Below, piece by piece: positions 9,782 through 18,964 of a stretch of DNA of 64,000 nucleotides. The first letter of the stretch is position 1; every line of letters starts with the position of its first letter. Below the pieces are notes generated by a model. The model was not told the DNA's origin and did not search any database. It saw only the letters and a program-made list of their open reading frames with translations. The DNA is from Trueperaceae bacterium (GTDB lineage Bacteria; Deinococcota; Deinococci; Deinococcales; Trueperaceae). Location: contig OZ243913.1 of assembly GCA_965213705.1 (NCBI GenBank), positions 2,144,001-2,208,000 of the forward strand, written 5' to 3'. A program made the translations under genes and the position numbers.

Positions 9782-10027
9782 CTATTCTGCATAGGTGAGG
9801 TCGTTTTTGACAAAGTTATCTAAAGAATAGTTGGGGTACTCGAGCCCGTGCGAGGTGTACCAGCGGATGGCTTCTTGACGGGCTAAGCCCAAAACGCTCC
9901 CCGCCTTGGCAACTGTCATGCGTTCTTGCCGGACGAGGAGTAGCAGCACACCCTCGAGGATTTCGCGCTGCGGCTCGTTGCCTAAAGCCTCGAGGACTTC
10001 GGTGGGTAGCTCGAGGTGGAGGGTCAT
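9782..10027 (-). CDS. UPF0175-like protein (putative antitoxin), no adjacent toxin
   Basis: 81 aa: LELPTEV...ERMTVAKAGSVLGLARQEAIRW..SHGL. Confidence 0.65.
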   Translation of the reverse strand: MTLHLELPTEVLEALGNEPQREILEGVLLLLVRQERMTVAKAGSVLGLARQEAIRWYTSHGLEYPNYSLDNFVKNDLTYAE

Positions 10028-10156
10028 GAGTTTATCTTAATCGAAATAAGACTTGCGTAAGAATGATTTCGAAACAGTACGAGCGTATCAAGCTTACGCT
10101 GTCTGAAGTTCTCAGTCGCCCCTCTGTCTGCCGAAAGGGCTTTCGAACACGTCCTT

Positions 10157-13135
10157 TTACTCAGACTCGTTGAGGCGTTGATAAACCTTTTGTAGCATCC
10201 ACTCCTTCACTGCATCACTAAAGCCTCTGTTGTCCATAATCTTTGCAAAGATGTCCTGGTTCAGTTCCATGCGTTCAATCAACTTAGTCACGAAGGCTTC
10301 GTCGAACCCGTACTTGAAATTGCCAATCGTGTTGGTCTTGGCTTGCTGCGCCAGCACCTCGTCTTGCACAAGCTCTTCTTCGATTTGGTTGAAAAAGAAC
10401 TTGTCCGCGTTGGTAAAGTCTGTGCCGAAGCGGTCATTCAAAATGTCGATAATCTCCGAGAGCTTCGCCTCGAGTTCCTTTTCGGCGCGGTCGCCCGCTT
10501 CCGAAAGCGGGGTTAAGGCCGCGTCTCCACCTTTTTCTAAAACGATGTTGCCTTCGTTTATTTTTTGCAGGCGGTAATACTCGAGCGCAACCTCGTCGTT
10601 GAGTTGAAATCCCTCACCGACTTCACGTTGAGGCAGTTTGCTCCCCAAGAACCGCGCGTAAGCATAAAACTTTTCCAGCTCCACATCCTCGAAAGGTACA
10701 ATCTGTGCCAGAAATGCGTACAACCTTATAAATACCGTCAGTGCATTTTTGAAGTCTTCTTTTTTCTCGGCGGTATCCTGCGCTTTAAACCTGTCCACCG
10801 CCGGGTCGATGTACGCGTTAAGGCGCTGGTGGTCGCGGTAACTTCCCGTTTTGTGCGACCTGAAAAAGACCTGTGCAAACAGTTCGACTTCGTCCTCGTA
10901 AATAACCTGAAAAGCGCCCAGCTCGGTCTTCAGGTCGTAAAGCTTGTTGGGGTCGGTGTGCCCTGAGAGCGTCGTCTTTTCGTAAAACGGTTGAAACGCC
11001 TCCAGTATTTCCTCTTCTTCGTTGACAAAGTCGAGGACGAAGGTGTCTTCTTTACCGGGATAGGTGCGGTTGAGGCGCGAAATGGTTTGCACCGCCCGCA
11101 CGCCCGAGAGCTTTTTATCCACGTACATCGTGTGCAGCAGCGGCTGGTCGAAACCCGTTTGGTACTTGTCTGCGACCAAAAGCAGTTGATACTCCTCCGA
11201 CGCGAACCGCTCCGGCAGCTCCCGTTCGCCAAAACCGTTCAGGTCGAACTCGCTGTACTGAAGGCCCGTTTCCCTATCTGTAAACGCCGTGAACGCAACC
11301 AGCGCCCGAATATCGGTGTACCCTTTCTCTGCCAAGTAGTCGTCGAATGCCTTCTTGTAGCGCACCACATGGGGGCGCGACCGGATGACCACCATCGCTT
11401 TGGCCTTGCCGCCGATTTTGTACATCACGCACTGGCGAAAGTGTTCAATCATCACTTCTGTTTTTTGCGCCAAGTTGTGCGGATGCAGCGACACGAACCG
11501 CGCGATGGCTCGAGCCGCCTTCTTTTTGTTGATTTTGGGGTCGTCTTCGATTTCTTTTGAGAGGCGGTAGTACGTTTTGTAGGTCGTGTAGTTCTGCAAC
11601 ACGTTCATGATGAAACCCTCTTCGATGGCCTGGCGCATCGAGTAAAGGTGGAAAGGCTCGGGCTTGCCTTCGGCGTTGGGCGTGCCGAAAGCTTCCAGCG
11701 TTTTAGGTTTGGGCGTCGCCGTGAACGCGAAAAAGCTCAAGTTTTCTTGCCTACCCCGCGCCTGCATCGCTTTGCGGATGTCGTCCTCGGTATCGTCGGC
11801 ATTATCCTGGCTCGCAGCGTTCTCTAAATCCGTGTCGGACGTGCCCAGCACCTCGTTCAAACTTCTGGACGCCTCACCACCTTGCGAGCTGTGCGCCTCG
11901 TCCACGATGACCGCGTAACGCCGCTCGGTGAGTTCGTCGGCTTTACCCAGCACGAACGGGAACTTTTGCAAGGTTGTAATAATAATCTGCGTTCCCGCCT
12001 CGAGCGCCTCTGCAAGTTGGCCCGCGTCCTTGTCAATCCGTTGCACCACGCCCTGTTTGTGCTCGAACTGATAGATGGTGTCTTGCAACTGCCTGTCCAG
12101 CACCCGCCGGTCGGTAATCACGATGACCGAGTCAAAAACGCGCTCGTCGTCAGCATCGTAGAGCCCTGAGAGTCGGTACGCCAGCCACGCAATCGAATTG
12201 CTCTTGCCACTTCCCGCCGAGTGCTGCACCAAGTAGCTGTGGCCTGCGCCCCGCGCCTTGGCGTCCTCGGAAAGTTTGCGCACCACGTCCAGTTGGTGAT
12301 ACCTCGGAAAAATCAGCGACTCGCGCCGCACGGTGCGACCGTCCACCTTGAGTTCTTTCTTTTCCAAATGCAAAAACTTACCGATAATGTCCAGCCAAGT
12401 GTCTTTTGCCCATACCTCTTCCCACAGATAAGCCGTGCGGTGCTTGTGTTCGTTCGGCGGGTTGCCCGCCCCCTTGTCATGGCCCCGATTAAAGGGCAAG
12501 TAGCGCGTTTGCTCGCCGTCTACACGTGTAGTCATATAGGCTTCGTCGGTGTCTACCGCAAAATGTACCAACGCCCGCTTTTTGAACTGAAACAGCAACT
12601 CGCGCGGGTCGCGGTCTTGGCTGTACTGCCGCTGTGCGTTCGACACGCTTTGCCCCGTAAACTGGTTTTTCAGCTCGACCGTCGCCACGGGCAGCCCGTT
12701 TAAGCTGAGCAGCAAATCTACCGACTTGCGCGACTCCTTAGGGCTGTAGTGAAGCTGCCGCGTTACGGTAAGCACATTCTGGCGATAAAGCGCTATCGTC
12801 TCGGGGTTCAGCCCTGACGACGGCTTGAAATAGGCCAGCTTAAAGCGCACTCCGTAGTCGATAATGCCGTGACGCAGCACGTCCAACATGCCCCGGTTGT
12901 CCAGTTCCTTGAAAAGCCGCTGCGTGAGCTTCGCTTCGGCGCTCTCGCCGTGGATGCCGGAGAGCTTTTCCCACGCCTGCGGCTGCGTCGCTTTCAAAAA
13001 CGCCAGCACCGCCCCTTTGTCAAAAGCAAGCTCTTTGCTGAAGCCGCGCCCGTCTCCCTCGGTATAGCCGCCGTCCATGACCAAGCTGCGGACAATCGCC
13101 GCTTCAAAAGCATTTTCGGTCGTCGCCGTGCTCAT
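10157..13135 (-). CDS. hsdR: Type I restriction endonuclease subunit R
   Basis: D..LNGLPVATVELKN nuclease motif; QHSAGSGKS, DEAH, FTATP and KYQTGFDQP helicase motifs. Confidence 0.96.
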   Translation of the reverse strand: MSTATTENAFEAAIVRSLVMDGGYTEGDGRGFSKELAFDKGAVLAFLKATQPQAWEKLSGIHGESAEAKLTQRLFKELDNRGMLDVLRHGIIDYGVRFKLAYFKPSSGLNPETIALYRQNVLTVTRQLHYSPKESRKSVDLLLSLNGLPVATVELKNQFTGQSVSNAQRQYSQDRDPRELLFQFKKRALVHFAVDTDEAYMTTRVDGEQTRYLPFNRGHDKGAGNPPNEHKHRTAYLWEEVWAKDTWLDIIGKFLHLEKKELKVDGRTVRRESLIFPRYHQLDVVRKLSEDAKARGAGHSYLVQHSAGSGKSNSIAWLAYRLSGLYDADDERVFDSVIVITDRRVLDRQLQDTIYQFEHKQGVVQRIDKDAGQLAEALEAGTQIIITTLQKFPFVLGKADELTERRYAVIVDEAHSSQGGEASRSLNEVLGTSDTDLENAASQDNADDTEDDIRKAMQARGRQENLSFFAFTATPKPKTLEAFGTPNAEGKPEPFHLYSMRQAIEEGFIMNVLQNYTTYKTYYRLSKEIEDDPKINKKKAARAIARFVSLHPHNLAQKTEVMIEHFRQCVMYKIGGKAKAMVVIRSRPHVVRYKKAFDDYLAEKGYTDIRALVAFTAFTDRETGLQYSEFDLNGFGERELPERFASEEYQLLLVADKYQTGFDQPLLHTMYVDKKLSGVRAVQTISRLNRTYPGKEDTFVLDFVNEEEEILEAFQPFYEKTTLSGHTDPNKLYDLKTELGAFQVIYEDEVELFAQVFFRSHKTGSYRDHQRLNAYIDPAVDRFKAQDTAEKKEDFKNALTVFIRLYAFLAQIVPFEDVELEKFYAYARFLGSKLPQREVGEGFQLNDEVALEYYRLQKINEGNIVLEKGGDAALTPLSEAGDRAEKELEAKLSEIIDILNDRFGTDFTNADKFFFNQIEEELVQDEVLAQQAKTNTIGNFKYGFDEAFVTKLIERMELNQDIFAKIMDNRGFSDAVKEWMLQKVYQRLNESE

Positions 13136-14136
13136 GGCTGCTCCTCTTCGACAAACTGCATCGTTTCGACAAAGCGCACGTAGGCAACTTCCCGAAACAC
13201 GCTGATAAGCCGCTCACGCTGGCTCTCGGAGAGTGAACTTTTGAGCTTCATATTGTCATCGTAGCAGGTGCGCAAAAACTCGAAGTCGTCAAGCTCCTCA
13301 AATACTGTCAAATTGGGAATAAAAGAGGGTAAGGTGTCTTCTACAAGTTCCAACGTGTCTGGGTCGAAGTAGCGCACGCCCGGCCTGGCATGTTTCTCAA
13401 ATTCGCGGCCCTGAAAATTCGGCTTGCCGTTCCGTGAAGGCCAGTACACCCCGAAAAACTCCGCCGTGCCCGACTTGTAAACCTTAGCAATCTGCACCGA
13501 GCCGTCCACCTCGCGCTCGCTCTCGTCACGCGCCCTGCTGATGAGAACTTGGAGGGGTTCCATGTCGAGCTTAGCGTCGAACCTGTCGTCATCGAGGAAC
13601 ATCATTTTGAAGTCGTCAGATGCTTTATCAGCCAAATTGTCGGGATTGCCTAGAAACGTGTAGCTCCGCGTCTTGCTGGGGTCATTTGTGTACTCATTGG
13701 GGATAAACCCCTCAGCATCCTTGGAGTAGTAAAGCTGCCAAATCCGAAATCGGTTCTCAGACCAGCTCCAGCCACCGAACAAAAACCTCGCCTCTGCCCG
13801 CAGTTCGTGAATGTCTCTGCCCGCCGCGCCCGAGTCGTCGATGATGTTAGTCACCAAAGACGTAAACAAAGTGGCGAGGTAGTCAAGCACTTCGCTGATG
13901 TCGGTGCGGCTGCTCTGCAAACGCCGGTTGAGATTAATGGAGGAGATAAGGTTCAGGATGAGCGGGTACGCCCGCGCCGTGTTTCCCGCGAAGCAGATAA
14001 GGCAGTCGGAGCGCGGCAGTTCAAACAGCTTGATGCCCTGGTTCCACTTTTCGCCACCCGTAAGAGAACTGTCCGTCGCAAAGACCAGCTCCTCGGCGTC
14101 ATTCGCCTGCCGAATCCAGGCCGCGCAGAGCGTCAC
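13132..14136 (-). CDS. Uncharacterised protein with N-terminal Thr and an Ntn-hydrolase/proteasome-beta-like pattern, inside the hsd operon
   Basis: (M)TLCAAW...VFATDS...IKLF...ICFAG...FLFGGW...DGSVQIAKV. It overlaps hsdS (GTGA) and hsdR (ATGA). Confidence 0.6.
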   Translation of the reverse strand: MTLCAAWIRQANDAEELVFATDSSLTGGEKWNQGIKLFELPRSDCLICFAGNTARAYPLILNLISSINLNRRLQSSRTDISEVLDYLATLFTSLVTNIIDDSGAAGRDIHELRAEARFLFGGWSWSENRFRIWQLYYSKDAEGFIPNEYTNDPSKTRSYTFLGNPDNLADKASDDFKMMFLDDDRFDAKLDMEPLQVLISRARDESEREVDGSVQIAKVYKSGTAEFFGVYWPSRNGKPNFQGREFEKHARPGVRYFDPDTLELVEDTLPSFIPNLTVFEELDDFEFLRTCYDDNMKLKSSLSESQRERLISVFREVAYVRFVETMQFVEEEQP

Positions 14137-15464
14137 CCCGTCTCCCCCTCACCCCGCACGTCCACTTTCCCCGTTACCACCTCAGAAACAAGAGCCGTGC
14201 GGTATTCATGCAAAAGCTCAATTTGCTTTTCAGCTTGGCTGATGGTGGTGTCGATTTGGGAGGTTTTCTCGTCAAGATAAAAGATAATAGCTTCTTGTTC
14301 ATTGACTGGTGGACAGAGAATTTCAAAATCCTTGGTTTGAGACTGGTTAAGAATTGGAAGTGTTGCAGAATTAGCTGAGCTAACAACTTTTTCTTTGAAG
14401 GAGTATAAAAAATAAGTTCCAAAGTAAGGATTCATCTTTCCACCATCAAAATGAATAGCATTTATCTGTTGATTAGAAAAAGCAGAACCAGCGGTAATGC
14501 CTACTTTACCAAGTGTTGCTCCAATGCCTACCAATAATGTTGTTTCAGCGGGATAAGTCTTTAGATTTAGTTTGTCGAGTGCATGTCTGCTGATTTTCCT
14601 CTTCGAATTTTGGATGATTAGTTTGTCTTCAAAGTCAGATGGTGTGAACCAGTCAACGTCACCATTGAAGAAGTCGGGCTCATTAGTTGGTGGGGTTTTC
14701 CCAGTTTCTACACGGTGAGCAACACGCCTTATTTTCGTTACTTTCCAATGCTCCGGCACCTCCTCAATCCACTCCACCCCCGAATCTTTCATCTTCACCG
14801 CCGGGTCTAAGCCCTTGGTCACGGCCCGGTTAATCACGGCGGCGCGCTCCTCTTGCAAAAGCGCAATCATGCGCCGTTTTTTGCTTATCAGGTCATCAAT
14901 CTGCGCGGTATGGCGGTCTAGGTAAGCGGTGATGTGCTGTTGTTCCTCGAGGGGTGGTTTTATGGCTGGAAGTGCGTGGACTTTACTAGCATTTAAGTTA
15001 GCCTGAGTGTTGCTGCTTGCCAACTGGATAACGTGGGGTTTGATATGATTTAACCAATGGAATAAATAATCAGAAATTATCTTTGAACTGTTTAATTCAA
15101 TTCCTAAAATCGCTTGGTTGATAGAAGCCTCTGTACCCAACTTGGCAACTTTCCCGAGGCTGGCGTACATCGAATAGATTAACGTTCCCAAAGGCAGCAC
15201 ATCAAGATTTTTTGATTTAAGACCGTCATCCGTAATTCTCTTTTCGGTCTCAGTGACTATAGGTTCGCGCGTCATGTCCGCAATACTTACCCAAGCAACG
15301 CCTTCATCTACTTTGAACGTCCAATAATCAGTATTGTTTGTGTCAGGTGTTCCGCCAGAGTAAAATCTGTTAGTACAATATTTTACCTTCACAATTTCCC
15401 AATGCTCCGGTATTTCCCCAAGCCACTCAACGCCGGAATCTTTGTACCTTTTATACGGCTTCAT
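14133..15464 (-). CDS. hsdS: Type I restriction specificity subunit S
   Basis: Two KDSGVEW..E(I/V)PEHW conserved repeats, PPLEEQ/PPVNEQ motifs and two AT-rich TRDs. Confidence 0.96.
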   Translation of the reverse strand: MKPYKRYKDSGVEWLGEIPEHWEIVKVKYCTNRFYSGGTPDTNNTDYWTFKVDEGVAWVSIADMTREPIVTETEKRITDDGLKSKNLDVLPLGTLIYSMYASLGKVAKLGTEASINQAILGIELNSSKIISDYLFHWLNHIKPHVIQLASSNTQANLNASKVHALPAIKPPLEEQQHITAYLDRHTAQIDDLISKKRRMIALLQEERAAVINRAVTKGLDPAVKMKDSGVEWIEEVPEHWKVTKIRRVAHRVETGKTPPTNEPDFFNGDVDWFTPSDFEDKLIIQNSKRKISRHALDKLNLKTYPAETTLLVGIGATLGKVGITAGSAFSNQQINAIHFDGGKMNPYFGTYFLYSFKEKVVSSANSATLPILNQSQTKDFEILCPPVNEQEAIIFYLDEKTSQIDTTISQAEKQIELLHEYRTALVSEVVTGKVDVRGEGETG

Positions 15465-15530
15465 TTACGGCGAGATGACCGTCAGCTCGGGAAAGGCCGC
15501 CCGGTACACCTTTTGGTTAAACATTACCAC
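15465..15530 (-). pseudogene. In-frame internally deleted vapC remnant (21-aa mini-ORF)
   Basis: MVMFNQKVYRAAFPELTVISP* equals the first 2 codons plus roughly the last 18 codons of the vapC at 18092..18535 (FDQKVYRAAFPKLTIISP). Confidence 0.85.
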
Positions 15531-15772
15531 CCGCGCTGCTTGCCAAGCTCCGCCGTGATGCTTTCCGAGGTTTTGCCGCTGCCGTCGGCCAGTGCCCCGG
15601 CGTAGCGGGCGAACACGCCCTTCTCGCGCACCGGGCGCACGGTCATTTGGCCGTTGTCACCGACCTCGAACGTCAGCACGTCACCCTTGCGCAGTTTCAG
15701 CGCATCGCGCACCTCGGCGGGAATCGTGACTTGACCTTTGCTGGTGACCTTGGCATTTCCTACGACTGCCAC
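15524..15772 (-). CDS. AbrB/MazE/SpoVT-family antitoxin, copy 1
   Basis: AKVTSKGQVTIPAEVRDALKLRKGD; nearly identical to 18529..18777. Confidence 0.92.
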   Translation of the reverse strand: MAVVGNAKVTSKGQVTIPAEVRDALKLRKGDVLTFEVGDNGQMTVRPVREKGVFARYAGALADGSGKTSESITAELGKQRGW

Positions 15773-15788
15773 AAAGACGCACCTCCAA

Positions 15789-15833
15789 GTAAGGCAAGTA
15801 TACGCCTTACGGTAAGGTAGTGGCGCGGCTTAC
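15789..15833 (-). promoter_or_regulatory. TA promoter with inverted-repeat operators, copy 1
   Basis: GTAAGGC-N8-GCCTTAC and CCTTAC-G-GTAAGG around a TATACT -10 box (15802-15797); duplicated at about 18794-18839. Confidence 0.7.
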
Positions 15834-15845
15834 TTTACTGCTTCT

Positions 15846-17927
15846 TCATCCCTGCAAAACCTCTTGCAGCATCCCCTCGGTCTCCTGCTCCAAGCTCATA
15901 ATCTCCGCGCGGATGTCGCTCAGGGGGCGCAGCGGCTTGTACTGGTAAAAGTATTTGGTAAAGGAGATTTCGTAGCCCTTCACGGTTTTGCTTTCGTCTA
16001 TCCAGGCATCCGGCACGTGGGGCAAGACCTCGCGCCCGAAGTAGGCTTGTATGTCGTCTTTCAGCGGGACGTTTTCATAGTCGCGTAGTTGCGTATCCGG
16101 TTCGGGATTGCCTTTGCTGTCGGTGCAAATGTCGGCCAGTTCGTCCCGCTCGCCCAGTGCGTTCATAATGGCTTTTTTCAGGGGTGCGTTCAGTTTCAGC
16201 TCACTTTTCTTGATGGCAGCGTTCAGGTCACGCTCGAAGGCGTCGCGATTTTTGTAAAGTTTCTGGGTGTCCAGGGCTTGCAGCATGGCTTTAACGTCAT
16301 CCTGTAATTGTTTTCCCTCAGCTATCTCCGCTTGAGCCGCAGTGCCTTTTTTGTTGGATTTGGCTAAGTTGGCAAAAGCACTTTCGTCATCCAATCGGTC
16401 TAGGCGTTCTTCGTTCGCCTGGAAGCTCAAACGTAGCGGGCGCTCCACCGTGATGCGCCAGTAGCCGAAATCCTCGTTGTCGAAAATTTTGCTCACGGTC
16501 AGGGTTTCGTCGTCTCCGTTTTTGCCGAAGCTGCGCACCTCGCCGTCTCGGTTATCGCCGTGTATCTCGGTAATGGCGGCGATTTGGTTGGGACTACCCT
16601 CTTCGCCGTCGGCGATTTCGTTGCGCTTGTTACCGAGGCTGCGGCTCATCTTTTGATAGTAGTTCACGGCGTTGATAAGCTGGACCTTGCCCCGGCGCTC
16701 GAGCGCTTTATTGTTGCTCAAAATCCAGATGTAGGTGTAAATACCCGTGTTGTAAAAGAGCTGGTCGGGCAGCGCGATGATGGCTTCTAACCAATCGTTT
16801 TCGATAATCCACTTGCGTATGTCGCTCTCACCGCTGCCCGCGCCGCCGGAGAACAGCGGCGAACCGTTGAAGACGATGCCGACGCGGCTGCCGCCCTCGC
16901 TTTTGGGCTTCATCTTGGAAAGCATGTGCTGCAAGAACAAAAACGAGCCGTCGTTGATTCTCGGCAAGCCAGCGCCGAAGCGACCGGCGAAGCCTTTGTT
17001 TTCATACTCGTCTGTGATGTGCTTTTGCACCTTGCGCCATTCCACGCCGAAGGGCGGGTTGGAAAACATGTAGTCGAAGCGTTCGTCCCGTAGGCCGTCG
17101 CTGGTAAAGGTGTTGCCGAACTTGATGTTCGAGACGTTTTGGCCTTTAATCAGCATGTCGCTCTTGCAAATCGCGTAGCTCTCGGGGTTGATTTCTTGAC
17201 CAAAAACGACGGGTTTGGCGTCTTTATTGAGTTCGCGGATGTAGTCTTCTGCAATCGAGAGCATCCCGCCCGTGCCGCAGGCGGGGTCATAGATGGTTTT
17301 CACAACGCCCTTTTGTTGCAGTAACACCGCGTCGTTGTGAAGCAGCACGTTTACCATCAGCCGAATCACTTCGCGGGGGGTGAAGTGTTCGCCTGCGGTT
17401 TCGTTGGAGAGTTCGGAAAACTTGCGAATGAGTTCTTCGAAGACGTAGCCCATTTCCATGCTGTTGACCGCGTTAGGGTGCAAGTCGGTCTTGGCGAATT
17501 CTTTAAGAACCAGCAGTAGGATGTTGGCATTGTCCAGGCGGTCTATGTGTTCGTTGAAGCGAAAATACTCCATAATCTCGCGTCCGCTGGCTGAAAAGCC
17601 GTTGATGTAGTTTTTGAGGTTGGCGGCTAAGTTGTCGGGGTCTTCTTTGAGTTTTTGAAAGTCATACTTGCTGATGTTGTGAAAAGAGAGACCGGCTTGG
17701 CTGTTTAAGACAGGCTCCAAGTTACTCACGTTCAGCGCTTTGGCCCTGGTTTCGTAAAAGGTTATCACCTTGGCTTTGGTAGGCTCCAACACGCAGTCGA
17801 GACGGCGCAAGACGGTAAAGGGCAAAATCACCTTGCCGTAGTCGGCTTGTTTGTAGTCGCCGCGCAGTAAGTCGGCGACGCCCCAAATAAAACTGGCAAG
17901 TTCTTTCACTTTTGTGCTGCGGGTCAT
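15846..17927 (-). CDS. hsdM: Type I restriction-modification methyltransferase subunit M
   Basis: AGEHFTPREVI, YDPACGTGGML, NPPFG and FYNTGI motifs. Confidence 0.96.
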   Translation of the reverse strand: MTRSTKVKELASFIWGVADLLRGDYKQADYGKVILPFTVLRRLDCVLEPTKAKVITFYETRAKALNVSNLEPVLNSQAGLSFHNISKYDFQKLKEDPDNLAANLKNYINGFSASGREIMEYFRFNEHIDRLDNANILLLVLKEFAKTDLHPNAVNSMEMGYVFEELIRKFSELSNETAGEHFTPREVIRLMVNVLLHNDAVLLQQKGVVKTIYDPACGTGGMLSIAEDYIRELNKDAKPVVFGQEINPESYAICKSDMLIKGQNVSNIKFGNTFTSDGLRDERFDYMFSNPPFGVEWRKVQKHITDEYENKGFAGRFGAGLPRINDGSFLFLQHMLSKMKPKSEGGSRVGIVFNGSPLFSGGAGSGESDIRKWIIENDWLEAIIALPDQLFYNTGIYTYIWILSNNKALERRGKVQLINAVNYYQKMSRSLGNKRNEIADGEEGSPNQIAAITEIHGDNRDGEVRSFGKNGDDETLTVSKIFDNEDFGYWRITVERPLRLSFQANEERLDRLDDESAFANLAKSNKKGTAAQAEIAEGKQLQDDVKAMLQALDTQKLYKNRDAFERDLNAAIKKSELKLNAPLKKAIMNALGERDELADICTDSKGNPEPDTQLRDYENVPLKDDIQAYFGREVLPHVPDAWIDESKTVKGYEISFTKYFYQYKPLRPLSDIRAEIMSLEQETEGMLQEVLQG

Positions 17928-17980
17928 TTTGCAATCTTACCAACGTTTGAGGCTCGAGCAGAGCGTGTTAAACTCACGCC

Positions 17981-18066
17981 CACCATGAAATTCTCAGCCG
18001 CCACCCTCCCCACCGAACACGCCGAGCACGTCACCCGACAGCGCGTCACGGGGGCGGGGCTCGAGT
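17981..18066. repeat. ~85-bp imperfect direct repeat, copy 1 (copy 2 at about 18878-18964)
   Basis: CACCAT..TTCTCA.CCGCCACCCTCCCC.CCGAACA..GCACGTCACCCG.CAGCGCGTCACGG..CGGGGCTCGAGT; the two copies flank the abrB-vapC module. Confidence 0.85.
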
Positions 18067-18091
18067 CTTTACACTTTTCATACGCCTTCAT

Positions 18092-18535
18092 TTACGGCGA
18101 GATGATGGTTAGTTTGGGAAAGGCCGCCCGGTACACCTTTTGGTCGAAGGTGAGGAGCCGCGTCTGGTGGTAGCTCGCGTGCGCGCCGATGATGAAGTCC
18201 GCCAGGATGCGCCGGGGACCCTCGTCGTTCGGTTGGCTGTTGCGTTGGCTGCGGCGGCGCTCGATGTAACCCCCGTAGGCGCGGCCCGCCAAGCGCCACA
18301 GGTCGTTCGGCATAGCCCACTCGACCCGGATGCGCGTGTCTTCTAAAAAGGTGGTGACAAAACGTTCGCTGCGCGCGGGCTCGGCGATGAGTTCGCAGTA
18401 GACCGGCGGTGAGATGATGAGTTCGCCGGACTCAGCGGTAGACTCGAGGGCGCGCTCGAGGGCGTCCAAGTCCGCTGCCTTTTCTCCTTGCAGGAGGCTT
18501 AGCAGCACGTTGGTATCGACGGCGGTCGTTACCAC
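18092..18535 (-). CDS. vapC: PIN-domain toxin (VapC family)
   Basis: AVDTNVL, VYCEL, RILADFIIGAHA and LLTFD motifs. Confidence 0.92.
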   Translation of the reverse strand: MVTTAVDTNVLLSLLQGEKAADLDALERALESTAESGELIISPPVYCELIAEPARSERFVTTFLEDTRIRVEWAMPNDLWRLAGRAYGGYIERRRSQRNSQPNDEGPRRILADFIIGAHASYHQTRLLTFDQKVYRAAFPKLTIISP

Positions 18536-18777
18536 CCACGCTCCTTCTTAAGCTCCGCCGTGATGCTTTCCGAAGTTTTGCCGCTGCCGTCGGCCAGTGC
18601 CCCGGCGTAGCGGGCGAACACGCCCTTCTCGCGCACCGGGCGCACGGTCATTTGGCCGTTGTCACCGACCTCGAACGTCAGCACGTCACCCTTGCGCAGT
18701 TTCAGCGCATCGCGCACCTCGGCGGGAATCGTGACTTGACCTTTGCTGGTGACCTTGGCATTTCCTACGACTGCCAC
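18529..18777 (-). CDS. vapB: AbrB/MazE/SpoVT-family antitoxin, copy 2
   Basis: Same sequence as copy 1 except for the last few residues; overlaps the vapC start. Confidence 0.92.
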   Translation of the reverse strand: MAVVGNAKVTSKGQVTIPAEVRDALKLRKGDVLTFEVGDNGQMTVRPVREKGVFARYAGALADGSGKTSESITAELKKERGW

Positions 18778-18877
18778 AAAGACGCACCTCCAAGTAAGGC
18801 AAGTATACGCCTTACCGTAAGGTGGCGGTGCGGCTTACCTAGCGGCTCTACCTCCAGCTTGGGAGCACGTTAACCCC

Positions 18878-18964
18878 CACCATAAACTTCTCATCCGCCA
18901 CCCTCCCCGCCGAACAAGTCCGCGCACGTCACCCGGCAGCGCGTCACGGAGACGGGGCTCGAGT
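18878..18964. repeat. ~85-bp imperfect direct repeat, copy 2
   Basis: Aligns by eye with 17981-18066. Confidence 0.85.
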
